A stretch of DNA of 63,020 nt, filler included, from Squatina squatina (lineage: Eukaryota): NCBI GenBank assembly GCA_031763465.1. It is 4 parts of 3 records of this genome, joined end to end, with 100 filler letters (N's around TTAATTAATTAA, not from the genome) between each part and the next. Parts side by side here need not be neighbours in the genome. Positions count along the whole stretch, not along the records: positions 37,541 to 50,530 come from JARFOE010000176.1; 3 more parts are not named here. One strand, written 5' to 3'. The notes under the pieces are model-generated. The model was not told where the DNA came from. It was given only the letters and a program-made list of their open reading frames with translations, and searched no databases. Below are positions 37,541 to 50,290 of this stretch, one piece after another (position 1 is the first letter of the stretch; each line of letters begins with the position of its first letter). A program made the translations under genes and the position numbers.

Positions 37541-38892
37541 AACAAAATATTACATGGAACTTACAGCACGAAAACAGTCCATTCAGCCCCAATTGGTCTA
37601 TACTGGTGTTTATGCTCCACATAAGCCTCCTCCCAACCTACTTCATCTAAATCTGTCAATATGTTGTTGAAATATTAATTAGGATCCACAGAGCGACCAC
37701 TGGACTGTGGTATATAAGAAGTAAAGTGAAAAATTAATTCAGCAAAAACTTTGCAAATAGTTTCCTGAAGGTGCTGACTTGTAATGGGGTTCAGTTCCAT
37801 GGGTGCTAGCTGCTCTCCAGTATCTTGTCAAAATAGACATTTGTCCTGTGAACTTAGACAGTAAAGGGTCAATCTTGTGAGTACATGCTGCTGAGGGAGA
37901 ATCACGCCCACTGGCCATGTATATTTAAATCGAAGCCATGCTACAGTATGCTTGTGATTTCCTAATGTGCAATACTGGATGGTGAGACTCTCTGGCAAAA
38001 ACATCTACTCAGAACATTGTCTGTTAGTACAGACCATTTGGAAGAGAGGGGCATTCCTGTGCTATCCCTGTTCTGCTCTCACACATCATCCACAGGTTCA
38101 TGCAGCAGTCACTGGATAATATTCAGGAGCAAGATTCGTGACTGATTTTTTTTTTTACCCCAGATAAATCTGAGGAAGCTGATGCTAGTTGTGGTGCCTC
38201 CATCACTGCTTCAGCTGAGATCAGTTAACTTGGGGGTTTGAACCCAGGCCTCCCTGCTTTGTACTGACACAATGCATTGGCCACCTGAGCCATGTGAAAA
38301 GCAGTTATACAAGTCAGCTATACAATCTCTGGGGCTTGATTTTCAACTAAACAGATGTTAATCACTCACGGCCAGTAATAAATCTGTTCTAATTTTATTT
38401 ACTGCCATAGCTATTTCCACTACTGCCAGTAAACTCCACGTCAGAAAACTTGAATGTCTCCCTGGACATATTTTATGCCAGAAACACAAATAGTATCAGC
38501 AATGGACAAGAGCTGGAAGTGAAGTCCAGCTGGATCGAGAAAGAATTCTAATTTCCTTTTGTAAATTCCAAGATTGCTCAGTGCCACTTTTACACCACTC
38601 TGAGCTGACACTCCAATCATTACAGTGGTGACTGCAGCCAAAGCATTCAAGAGCAATCTCTAAAATGGCATTCGGGCACAGCATAGCAACAACCTAATCA
38701 TGACATGCCATGAGAAACCAGGGGACTAGCACACAAGTGTATGCAGTACAACATTGATTAGTGTTCATGATAGCATGATGCAATTTGGTGTGNNNNNNNN
38801 NNNNNNNNNNNNNNNNNNNNNNNNNNNNNNNNNNNNNNNNNNNNNNNNNNNNNNNNNNNNNNNNNNNNNNNNNNNNNNNNNNNNNNNNNNNN

Positions 38893-39490
38893 CACACGTG
38901 ACAATCTGAGCACCGGCAACAGCAATCGGGAGTTTTTATAAAACCACAAGGGATATTCATCCATCAATGCACAGCTGGTGTGCAACCACAAGAAGAGGTT
39001 CATGCAGGTCTGTGTCAGTTTCCCTGGGAGATGTCATGATGTCTCCATTCTGAGGCGGTTCAACATCCAACATTTAGTTCCAGGAAGCAAACTCAAGGGG
39101 TCACAGGAGACAAGGGATACCTGCTTCAAACTTAGTTGATGACACCTGAAAGGAACCCCACTAAGGAGGCGTAGGTGCACTACAACAAGAGCCACATAAT
39201 CACTACGTGTGTCATCAAGCAAGCCATTGGAATGTTGAAGATGCACTTCAGGTGCCTAGATAGGTCTGGAGGCATCCTTCAGTATTTATCAGACAGGATG
39301 TCCAGAATGATAGAGGTATGCTGCATCCTGCACAGGTGGAGGAGGATGAAGGGGCTGATCACCCATCATTGGATGAGGAGAACATAGAGGAGGAAGGGCA
39401 GCAGGAAGATGGAGCATCCGTCGCCAGACCAGCAGCTTACATCGCTGCGTGGATGCCAAGGATGCCCTCATATCGTGAAGGTCCACCTGA
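38893..39490 (+). mobile_element. Degenerate PIF/Harbinger (HARBI1-like) DDE transposase, C-terminal half
   Basis: NHKGYSSINAQLVCNHKKRFMQVCVSFPGRCHDVSILR ... YNKSHIITTCVIKQAIGMLKMHFRCLDRSGGILQY..RMSRMIEVCCILH, followed by an acidic tail. Frameshifted. Confidence 0.85.
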
Positions 39491-39499
39491 TGTGAAATG

Positions 39500-41046
39500 T
39501 AGCAAATGAAACCCTGCGGTCCACTTGCACCACCAACACCAAACCAATCCCTGCCTGCCACCACCCTCCTCCCTCCCCTGGCTGCCTCTCTTTGCACTGA
39601 ACAATTCTTCAACCACTCATCCAACCATTGCACATTGACCCAATGGGTCCCATCATGTATTGACATTCATCATGAAACTACTGCAAAGCGAGATGACACT
39701 CAGGACGTGAAAATGGAGCTAAGCAATACATTTTATGTGAGAAGAAAAGGAAACTTAACAATATAACATTTTGTCAAACACCCATGTGCAACTCCCTGCT
39801 GAATTACAAATACTTTAATTTATGTTTCTTACCACTTCTATGTGGTGCTCCTCATGTGGCTTCAGCAGAGTAGAGGCAGGTGGCTCAGATCCCAGCCATG
39901 ACTGTTGAGATACTTTTGGCCTATGCCATCTGGGTTTTGGAATCTCTGAGGACCTTGCCAAAGACTGCTCCACCTGTACCTGTGGAGGGGCAGACTCGGC
40001 TATGGGGAGATGAGGCAGCAAGTTGAGTATTTGCAGTGGGGGGAGGAACAATGAGAAGTGGGAGTGGAGTTCCATGTCCCCTTTCACTCTCATACATCTC
40101 CTTGGCCAGTGCCACATCACTCCTACCACTCCACAACAGACCAGCTTGGTGGAGATCAGTGACACATTGTAAGGCATCTGACATCTTGCTTAAAGTGGCA
40201 GACAAGATAGCACAATGTCTGCACAGCCATGGTCATGGCCTGCAAGGACTCATTTGAGAGCCATGCTTGAAGCTCTTTGGAGGCAGCCCCTCCCTCTGTG
40301 GCAGACCTTCTCACAATTCCCTGCTCCACCAATCCACNNNNNNNNNNNNNNNNNNNNNNNNNNNNNNNNNNNNNNNNNNNNNNNNNNNNNNNNNNNNNNN
40401 NNNNNNNNNNNNNNNNNNNNNNNNNNNNNNNNNNNNNCTTCAACCATGCATACACCCATTGCACATCCGTCCAATGGGTCCCATCATGTTTTGACATTCA
40501 TCATGAAACAAGTGAAAGCGCAAGTCAGCACCTGGGACGCAATAGTTGGCAAGATGTCAGAGTGGTGGTGTTCAATAAATTTTATGTGGCATTATAGAAA
40601 TGGAAACTTAACATATTTTGTCTAACACCCATGTGCGTAACCTTGGTGAATTAAAATAGCTTTCACTTACCCCTCCTACCATTTCTATGTGGTGCTTCCC
40701 ATGTGGCTTCAGCAGAGGTAGGGGCAGGCTGCTCAAATTAGCTCTGACTGATGAGATGCTCTTGGCCAATGACCTCTAGATTTTAAAGCCCATGAGGGCC
40801 CTGTCAAAGACTGCTCCACCTGCACCTGTGCAGGGACAGATTCGGCCATCAGGAGACGAGACAGCATGTTGGGTTCTGACTGAGGGGAAGGCAACAGGTG
40901 AGAAGTGGAAGCACTTTGAGTGGAGTTCCCACTTCCATGTTCCCTTGGACCATTATCCCTCTCCTGGGCAAACACCACATCTTTCCTACCACTCTGCTGC
41001 AGACCAGCTTGGTGAAGATCAGTTACACTTTGTAAGGCCACGGATG
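39500..41046. mobile_element. Harbinger internal region, two diverged copies either side of a gap
   Basis: About 39607-40170 aligns by eye with about 40438-41040 (CCAATGGGTCCCATCATG..TTGACATTCATCATGAAAC; CATGTGGCTTCAGCAGAG; AAGACTGCTCCACCTG). It directly follows the transposase relic. Confidence 0.65.
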
Positions 41047-41146
41047 NNNNNNNNNNNNNNNNNNNNNNNNNNNNNNNNNNNNNNNNNNNNNNNNNNNNNN
41101 NNNNNNNNNNNNNNNNNNNNNNNNNNNNNNNNNNNNNNNNNNNNNN

Positions 41147-41765
41147 TTACCATTTGCCTTCCCAATTGCTTGCTGTACCTGCATGTTAGCTTTAAGTGAT
41201 CCATGTACAAGGACACCCATGTTCCTTTGAATATCAACCTTTACCAATTTCTCGCCATTTAAGAAGTAATCTGCATTTCTGTTTTTTCTAACAAAGTGGG
41301 TAACTTCACATTTTCCCACATTATATTCCATCTGCCATGTTCTTGCCCACTCGCTTAGCCTGTCTATATCCCTTGAAGCCTCTTTGCATCCTCCTCACAT
41401 CCCCACCTAGTTTTGGGTCTTCAGCAAACTTGGAAATATTACATTTGGTCCCCTCGTCCAAATCATTGATATTGATTGTAAATAACTGGGACACAATCCC
41501 TGTGGTACCCCACTAGTCACAGCCTGCCAACCTGAAAAAGACCCGCTTATTCCGACACTCTGTTTTCTGTCTGTTAACCAATTCTCAAACCATGCCAGTA
41601 TATTACCCCCAATTCCATGTGCTCTAACTTTGTTTGCCAACCTCCTGTGTGGGACCTTATCGAAAGCCTTCTGAAAATCCAAATACACCACATCCACTGG
41701 TTCCTCCATATTTACTCTACTAGTTACATCCTCAATGAATTCAGATAGGTTTGTCAAACATTTGA
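41147..41765 (-). mobile_element. CR1 LINE ORF2 fragment
   Basis: CLTNLSEFIEDVTSRV..VDVVYLDFQKAFDKVPHRRL..VTSGVPQG and MEYNVGKCEVTHF...QVQQAIGKANG. Confidence 0.9.
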
Positions 41766-43220
41766 TCCGTGAGAGTGCTGTATTAGGCCCCCATACAGAA
41801 CAAAAATAGTTAAATAAAATTCGTGTCATAGGCAGAACAATGTTTCGTGTGGTATAATTTCTGTTTTCCTTGGGTACTGATAAAACCTAAACCTTCCGAC
41901 TGCTTGCAGTTCCAAATGAAATGGAATCTCCTGTGCCAATTGGTTTAATAAGTTTGAGCTCATACATAGGGACGTGGAGGAGTAGCCCTTCTGCAGTAAA
42001 TCAATATCAGGAATAGCTTTATTACTGTAATGTTAACTACTAAAATAAGCATTTCATAACCAATTTTAATTACTTTTTAAATTAATTTTAGTTTTTCTAA
42101 TACTTAATCTAACCATATCTCAGTTAACTTTACAATCAACTTTGAAATGTTTTACATTCATTCTTTCTTCTTCCAACTGGGTCCCATCATTCACTTTGGT
42201 TGGAACAATTTTCAAAATACTGCATTTTGATTGGTTAAACATGCTGCTAAGGTTATTTTTCCAGCCAATGGAAGGCCTAGAATAAAAGAATTATCCAAGT
42301 TTATCAAAGCGTAAAAACACTGCTGAACAAATATGCTCATCCACCCCCCAGGCCAAAATCACGCCCATAATGCTGGGAAGGGATAATTCCTTAAATGGCA
42401 GCTGTGATATTGAGCCCTGTTATTTCACCTGTGTGAATCAGTGCCCTGCTGTAGGCACAGTAGAACCTACCAGCCAGACGTGTTTTACTGGCGCTGAGTT
42501 ACTGGTGCAGTTTCATGTTACAGTAGTTGTCACGGCTGAGGTGTTCATTGTTCCAGTCAGCTGCTGTTGACAATCCTTGATTTATGGCTCCATCACAGCA
42601 ACCTTACGTCATCAAAGTAGGAAAATCTAGCTATGTGTGTTTTTTTTTCCTCTGTTTCCTGGTTATGGACACAGATGGGTGCACTTTCCTGCATCCTGTT
42701 CTCTTGGCGAAACACAAAGCTGTTAATGAAAAATAACTTTTCTACCTGTAAGACTTTCTGTCTATCCTCATGCCATCTGGAAATTACAAAACATAGATTT
42801 ACTTTACAAAATGTCTGAGACCAACAATTAAGGCAATGCTTGCCATTAAATAAATATGATAAACGCTTTGAGGAGTGTTTCAGCAAAATCAAAATGATTG
42901 GCATAACTTGGGGTCTTTTAGATTAGGAAAAGAGGAAAAGTAACATTTCCCTTCATATCCGGTGTTTTGTCCTCTGTGTCTGCCTGTCTGAGTCAATGTT
43001 AGCAGATTTTTCCTGTTTTGTCAGTTTTTAGGAAGCTGGGGTAGGTCAGAGAGCCGCCTGAAATGTGATTTGTTAATAAAATTACAAAAACAGCGCAACG
43101 ATTAAGAACAAAGTGAATTCAAAAGTTGCAGTTTAATGAAGAAATCCAATGTACTAGCAACATAGCACATAATACAGAAACTGCAAATATTATTGTCCAG
43201 TAGAAAAAGAAGTGTTTAGT

Positions 43221-43385
43221 GACTGGGTGGCCCAATAGCTTAGCTCTCTGTTCTTTCACTGTGGAACCTGGGTTTGAGTTTAGTCCAGGCTGATGGGATG
43301 AACGTCTTTCTCATGAAAACTTGTTCTAATGGACGTATTCCACAGCACAAAATGGCACACAAATTGGCTCTAAATTGGTCACCTC
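43221..43385 (+). mobile_element. LF-SINE-like tRNA-headed SINE fragment
   Basis: GACTGGGTGGCCCA..CTTTCAC..GGTTTGAG..CCAGG..GTTCTAATGGAC..TCCACAGCACAAAA..AATTGGCTCTAAATTGGTCACC follows the block order of the LF-SINE consensus as I recall it. It is cut by another repeat at about 43390. Confidence 0.5.
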
Positions 43386-45581
43386 ATTCCCTCTCTCTTA
43401 GGCAGTCCCTCGGGTTCGAGGATGACATGCTTCCACTCCGTAGTTGTGGGTTCTGAGGTGGCTAAATAGTCCAATGCAGGAGCCGCAGACGCGGCTGCAG
43501 GTGGGGCAGGTGATACTTGAANNNNNNNNNNNNNNNNNNNNNNNNNNNNNNNNNNNNNNNNNNNNNNNNNNNNNNNNNNNNNNNNNNNNNNNNNNNNNNN
43601 NNNNNNNNNNNNNNNNNNNNNGGGTCAGCTAATTATAGTGTCGCTGGTGGATGACCACATCTGAATGGTTGCATCTTGGATGCCTGCTCAGGAGCGGGTG
43701 GGAAAAGCAGTGCCAGATGTTTACTTGGAGGGCCACTGAGATGTTCTGCTCAAAAGTACATTAGACAATTGTTGGCTCCCTTTATAGGAGGTCCAAGATT
43801 TCTGGGGTCTTCAAGGACCTCATGTTTTGCCAAAGATGTCATTGTGCTTCTTATTAGGCTATTTTGTTTTCTGTGTGTTTCCTCTCTGCATTTTGTGGAG
43901 CTCTTTACTTTTTTCAGGTAATTTTATTGTCTTATTATTGAGCTGTATAAATATTTACACTTTTATCAAGACATGGTATGTGGGAGAATAACAGATTATA
44001 TTATCCTGCAGATTGCTTTGTGCTTAAATATACATACATTGAGAGTCTTATACAGCTATACAGCTCTTGTTGGCAGTAATAAACACTGCAGTGAGCCTCT
44101 GCGTCATTAGCATGTAGATTGGCATGTGAAATGTGTTAATTGCTACGATGCCAATTTATTCACTGCTAATATTTACCGCCTACAGTTCTAAATAAACTTA
44201 CCCGCTTCGATCTTATAAATGTAGACTAGATGGACAGATTTATGCCTCCTAAATAGTTACAATTGAGAGCTGAATCAGGAGCAGAAAAAGGAAAAAAATG
44301 GATCATTTGGTTCCTGTTTGTGACTGTAAATATAGCAAATTTAGTTTGTGTGGATTAAATAAAGCTCATTATTCTAATTGGGCAAAATGCACCACTCTCA
44401 GTAGTACAGACATTTATGGGCTCCAACTACCAGATTGTGGTGGCAAATAAATAGGGCTCTGACCAGATTGTCTGCCTCGCACCTTTGTAGTTTTAACACC
44501 AATGACTTTAAATGAGACATTTACAATTTATTTTTACTTTTTTAAATGTGATTTTAATAGAGCTGAAAATAAAAGTGATTCTGTTCATGAAACTGGCTCA
44601 AAGTATGAAACGGTATCATGATTTCATGAATAGTGACANNNNNNNNNNNNNNNNNNNNNNNNNNNNNNNNNNNNNNNNNNNNNNNNNNNNNNNNNNNNNN
44701 NNNNNNNNNNNNNNNNNNNNNNNNNNNNNNNNNNNNNNACCCTTACTGGGTTCCAGAAATTGTTGTTCCCCCAAATCCCCATCAATGCATTAACAATCCA
44801 GTAACTCCCTTGTTGCCTTTGCAATTGAGCTTTTAGATAGTCTTACCTTCCCAACAATAACAAACGGGAAAAAGTGTGATGCTTATACCTGAAATAGATT
44901 ACCCGAACCCTAGAACTGGTTGTGATTTTGCAGTGCATTATTATTAACTAGCGTCTTGTAGCGCGGGGGGGGGAATCCAGTCCAGGGTTTCTATGTGATT
45001 TTGGCTAAGTTCAGAAAGTTTTTTTTGGCTTTTAACGTGAAACAAAGTTGTTCATTCAGCCAAACTTCGTATAACTGAAAACACATCAGAGAAATCCTTT
45101 ATTTGGCACTCGGGGGGAGAGGGGACTACCTTGTGTAAGCTTATCTCAGGATTGTATTTTTCTAATCACGAAGTTATGGAAAATCCGTCACGCAACAAGT
45201 GCCCGGCAAGAATCGAGCTGCTTTGGTGACTCGAGCTGGGGTTTTCCAGCGTCTGTTAGACCTCTTCACGCCAATTCGAATCAGTGAGATAGCCAAGTGA
45301 AACTGACATAGCTTCCCGTGCAAAGTAATTACAACATAAAGAAAACTAATGGTCATAGTTTTGCTGAGAAAGTAAACAGTTGTAAACGTCACGTCTTATT
45401 TGGGAAATCATTGCTCTGAGCAAAACAGTATGTAAATCTCACGGTGTCGCTTCTTGACTGCCCTGGCACCTTCAGAAGAAAGGTTTTGGTTGATGGATTG
45501 CTGACATTCTGCTTGACAACGAACACGGCAGTAGCAGCATCATATCGCTAATTCTGTAACCAGAGGAAGAGCGAGAGACGC

Positions 45582-45634
45582 ATGATGAAGGAACATTGTG
45601 GTCTGGCTTTGGGCTGCTCAAGTAATACTGATAT
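45582..45634 (+). CDS. PDE4B: Probable start of a PDE4 short-isoform-specific N-terminus (PDE4B2-like), truncated by a gap
   Basis: ATG ATG AAG GAA CAT = MMKEHCG..., similar to PDE4B2 MKEHGG (PDE4D1 is MKEQP). It sits upstream of the super-short exon, with CGTCA half-CREs 5' of it. Confidence 0.45.
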
Positions 45635-47787
45635 NNNNNNNNNNNNNNNNNNNNNNNNNNNNNNNNNNNNNNNNNNNNNNNNNNNNNNNNNNNNNNNNNN
45701 NNNNNNNNNNNNNNNNNNNNNNNNNNNNNNNNNNAAAACAATCAAATTTGAAACTTACAGATCAGAAAGATCTCGTGTTTGATCCCAAGTCTGTAGTGAG
45801 CTAACAGAGGGAAGGAACACTGAGTTAGAGATGTCCTCACCCATGATCATTATCACGTGATCCCTTGCTGGAAACACCATGTGGATGCCAGGTGAGGTAT
45901 CTGCCTCAGCTGTGATGCTGCACACAGTTGAATAATCTGCCAGCTTCCCTGTTTAAACTCACACATAAAGAATGGTCACATGGGGAAAAAAGCTAAAAGT
46001 CAAACCCACGGAGCAGTATGCCATTTTTAGAGCCTTTAGGAAAGGAGGAAAGAAAATTTGAGGGGTCACTAATGTAATTATTGCTTTATATTTTAACTGG
46101 AATTCAAGAAATTAATAATCTAAAGACATCAAACATTATTTGCATGACCACAAGAATTTTTGGGGGGAAGGCATGGGGTACTGGTTGATTTATATGATCG
46201 TGGCAGTTCATTCAAATGTGTTGCTAATGCAGAGGCTTAGACTAGTTATATTTCCACACAAAAAGGATTTGAAGCCAGGCAGATCCATTGTTCATTGGTG
46301 ATATAACATACAGAGGGAACTCTTAAGAGTCACCAGCTGGAGAAATACCATGTGATGTGGTTGCTATGGAGCTGTAATGTTCATTTCATGGTGCTGCTTG
46401 AACTTCAGTCTCAAGATTCTCTGGGGCTCCTTGCTGCAGTTGCCCTCCGATGTTCTAATGCTCTTTATCAGCAGTGCAGAGAAAGCTAAGTGATGTCACT
46501 GCAGCTGAGCTGAAAGCCAATCAGATACAGAGTGAATAACATTTCTATGCAGGCACTGTGCTTCAGCTCGGATTTAAAGGGGAACTGCTGTGGAGAGTGC
46601 AGTGGTGAAAAATTATTGTAGACACCATAGAATATCAAGCTTTGAATATTAATATATTAATCTGCGCACCCCAGTTTCTTTAATATCGGGGCTTTCCCCA
46701 TTGTCTAAGGAATACAATCTTTCTCTAGAAATTTTGGCGAAAANNNNNNNNNNGGCGAAAACTGTACGAAAAAGATCGAAATCCGTGATCATAATTCGGA
46801 ATGTCTGGCTTGCACAGCAGTGCAACTTTAATAAGGTGCAGGATGTAGTGACGTGGCCACTCAATCAGTTTTAGTTCTGAAGTGGTTCACTTCAAACAAA
46901 TTTTAGTTCAATTGTAAAATATGCACACATGCAAATAACAGCAAACTATCTAGGAATAAAACATTTCGTCTCTGAAAACGCTGATTGACGAGAAACAGCT
47001 AGATGGAAGTGATCAGCATAAATAAGCCTTGTAAATTGCTGTTTTGTGTGTCAGCAAACAGAAGGCAGAAAAATCTAAGAATTAGACTTATTATCTTGTA
47101 ATGTTAGTTTTATTCCACACTCATTTTATGCAATAGAGAGGACAGATCAGAATTCTACCTGATCTGTCTGATAAAAATGATTCTACTAAATTGTCATTGT
47201 GTTGAAAGTATCTGACAACGGTGTAGGAGGGTGCTAAAAGCAGATTATCATCTCTGATGAAATGGAGACACTGTCAGCATTTAATTTACATAAATATGCA
47301 CTGGGCATCCTCCATTTTCTGTCATTTCCCACATCCTGTTGAAATGGTGTAGATCCTGTAAGCTTGCAGACAAAAGACTTTTTTGCCCCTTTGTACTGAA
47401 GTACTAAGCTGAAGTAGCCTCCCCCACCTCCCCCCTCACCCCAGCCAGCCAAGAAACCAAAGCTATTCATAATTCATAAGTGCTGTGAAGTGCACACACT
47501 TGTATGGTTTCTGGCTCCATGTGACCCTTGATTTCATTATCTCAATTCTGTCAGTGCAAACGCGCAGATACTATCTTTCCAAGGATGTATTGAATGAACT
47601 GGATTTTCTCATGCAGTGAAAGAATACATTGATTTTTGGAGCAAAAAAAATTCTTCAAACGTTCAAGCTGCTAATGAACCATCTACACCTTTTGGTTATT
47701 ACTACTGAAATTGTGCGTGCAGAATTGTCCAGCTAGATTGCTTATTTTGTACACGGCTGTTGTTGCTTCTGTTGTCAAGTGGCTAAA

Positions 47788-47835
47788 ATGCCTGAAGCAA
47801 ACTATTTGCTGTCTGTTTCTTGGGGTTATATCAAG
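47788..47835 (+). CDS. PDE4B: PDE4 super-short isoform first coding exon (PDE4B5/PDE4D6 type)
   Basis: MPEANYLLSVSWGYIK then GTGAGT. This is the 16-aa N-terminus shared by mammalian PDE4B5 and PDE4D6, and it splices in frame to FKRML. B versus D is not certain. Confidence 0.85.
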
Positions 47836-48881
47836 GTGAGTAAATTTATCACAAAATTACAAGTAAATGTGAATCTGTGTTTTTGCTGCGAGATATGTGG
47901 CTGAAAGTTCAAATGCAGAAACCTATGTATCAACAACACATTACCTCATATTGATAACTGGCTTGTATATATCTTTTTAAAATTCAAAGTTGATCAGCCT
48001 TAAACAAAATGTTCTCCCTTTAAGAAGAAAGAGGGAATAAAAGAAACGAGCAAAAATGGACTGATCAGTGAATTCCAGGAAACACCATAATTTTAATTTA
48101 AAAGTTTTTAATGAGACAATGCACTGTTAGAACTAGCTNNNNNNNNNNNNNNNNNNNNNNNNNNNNNNNNNNNNNNNNNNNNNNNNNNNNNNNNNNNNNN
48201 NNNNNNNNNNNNNNNNNNNNNNNNNNNNNNNNNNNNNNNNNNNNNNNNNNNNNNNNNNNNNNNNNNNNNNNNNNNNNNNNNNNNNNNNNNNNNNNNNNNN
48301 NNNNNNNNNNNNNNNNNNNNNNNNNNNNNNNNNNNNNNNNNNNNNNNNNNNNNNNNNNNNNNNNNNNNNNNNNNNNNNNNNNNNNNNNNNNNNNNNNNNN
48401 NNNNNNNNNNNNNNNNNNNNNNNNNNNNNNNNNNNNNNNNNNNNNNNNNNNNNNNNNNNNNNNNNNNNNNNNNNNNNNNNNNNNNNNNNNNNNNNNNNNN
48501 NNNNNNNNNNNNNNNNNNNNNNNNNNNNNNNNNNNNNNNNNNNNNNNNNNNNNNNATATCTAATAATTAACTTTTAAATGACACTTTATATGATAACTGT
48601 TAAATAGCGAAAAGAAAAAGAAACATGAAACTTGATTTTTTTTTTTGGAATGTGTTTTGGAGTATCCGCCCTTAGCTTGATAAATAACTAGATTTAAATT
48701 GAGCTTAGTTAAACTCTCTCAATGCATTGAGGTGGGACAATAAATGTGAAGTTTCACAGCTCTTTCCCTTCTTGCTTTTTATGATCAATCCATTTATCGA
48801 TGAAAGAATGGGATTCAAAAGTGGCATTGAATGGTTTACAAAAAAGGTGGGTACTGACTCTTGTGTTTGTCTTTCTAACAG

Positions 48882-48975
48882 TTCAAGAGAATGCTGAACC
48901 GTGAGCTTACCCATCTCTCGGAAATGAGCCGCTCTGGCAACCAAGTATCCGAGTTCATTTCCAACACCTTTTTAG
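48882..48975 (+). CDS. PDE4B: cAMP-specific phosphodiesterase 4, UCR2 C-terminal exon
   Basis: Acceptor ctttctaacag, 94 nt, reading [31 protein letters not shown](D), donor GTGAGT. The family call is certain. PDE4B is favoured by the MKEH exon, but SEF matches human PDE4D. Confidence 0.85.
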
Positions 48976-49971
48976 GTGAGTCTTGTAAACCATCTTTCCC
49001 TTACACCACCTGCAGAGAACTCAACACAAAAATAGAATTACTGACATTCACAACATTCTTCTTAAAATATCTAATATAATGTAGCAGTACGCTACAATAT
49101 TGAAACCATCCTGCCTTTAATTTCTTTTGCAGTATTGTCCTGTGTATTCTTGCCATTTCTATGCTTTTTAAGATTTCTAAATTACTCTAAATGGTTGGCT
49201 TCATATGCCTTTTCCAAAAATAATTCTTGTAATGCAGCAAATAAGTGTTTTGGAGTTGTACTGAAAGCTGCATCATTGCTACCGCCACACTTATTTTTTG
49301 GTACGTCATTACCGAGTCTACAGCTAAAGTTGCGTCATTAAAAATGATTTTATAAAGGAAGAGATAGAGCATGAAGGTCCAGCATATTGGAGGCCCAAAA
49401 ACAATGAGGGTCACAGGGTGATGTTCCAGTCCCACTAAATATTCAATCTGATGTGCAGTAATCAAAAGCCAGGCAACTCCCCACTAGGAGGGAATATCAA
49501 AAGAAGAGTTCTCTCCAGAGCCACTAACACACATGCTTCGCAGTGAATATTTCTTTCTTTATCTATGATACTGTTAGGATCATTTTCCCTGTGAACTTTC
49601 ATCTCTTAATCTTCCTAAGTTTAAAAATACAACATCCTACACATTTTGCACCTCTCTGTTGAAATCAAGACTCATGACACCATCTCCTACACTAATGCAT
49701 TCTTTCTCAAAACTTGCAACTGCTAACACGCCTCAGCTTTCCTTATGGTTTATAGGAGGTAGTTTTCCTTTGTTAGTAACCTGGCAGAATGGATGCCCTG
49801 CCCCTTTTATAGAACCTACTGATTTTCATTCCATTGGTTGTACAATACACTCTGCCAGGTTATCACCCAGACAGCAAAGTTGAAAATTACCACCACATTC
49901 TTTTTTAGAATTCAAGCTTGGAATAACCTAACCACTGCTTCTTGATTTATCTAGTCTTCTCTAAGCTGATC

Positions 49972-50290
49972 TTTTGGATGAAAAGTTAAGCCAAGGCACT
50001 GTCTGCTGCTCAGCTAAAGGTTAAAAAAAAATCCCATGCCACTATTTGAAGAATGGGAGTTCTCCCATTTTTCCTGGTCAACATTCCTCTTTCAACTAAC
50101 AGCACCAAGAATAAAAGCAGATTATCTTGTCATTTATTCATTTGCTGTTTGTGGGATCCTCCTATGTGGATGCAGTCTTTGGCTGCACATCAACTTTGGC
50201 TACATATCAACACTTCAAAAAATAATCCATAAAAGCAGTTTGGGATTCCCAAAGAAAGTGATTCGCTGTTGCATAAATACAAGTTCTTTT
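49972..50290 (+). mobile_element. DeuSINE-like SINE (Deu domain plus L2-like tail)
   Basis: GGATGAAAAGTTAAGCCAAGG..ATCCCATGCCACTATTTGAAGAA..GCAGATTATCT..TTGCTGTTTGTGGGATC..ACACTTCAAAA..ATAAATACAAGTTCTTT. Confidence 0.65.
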
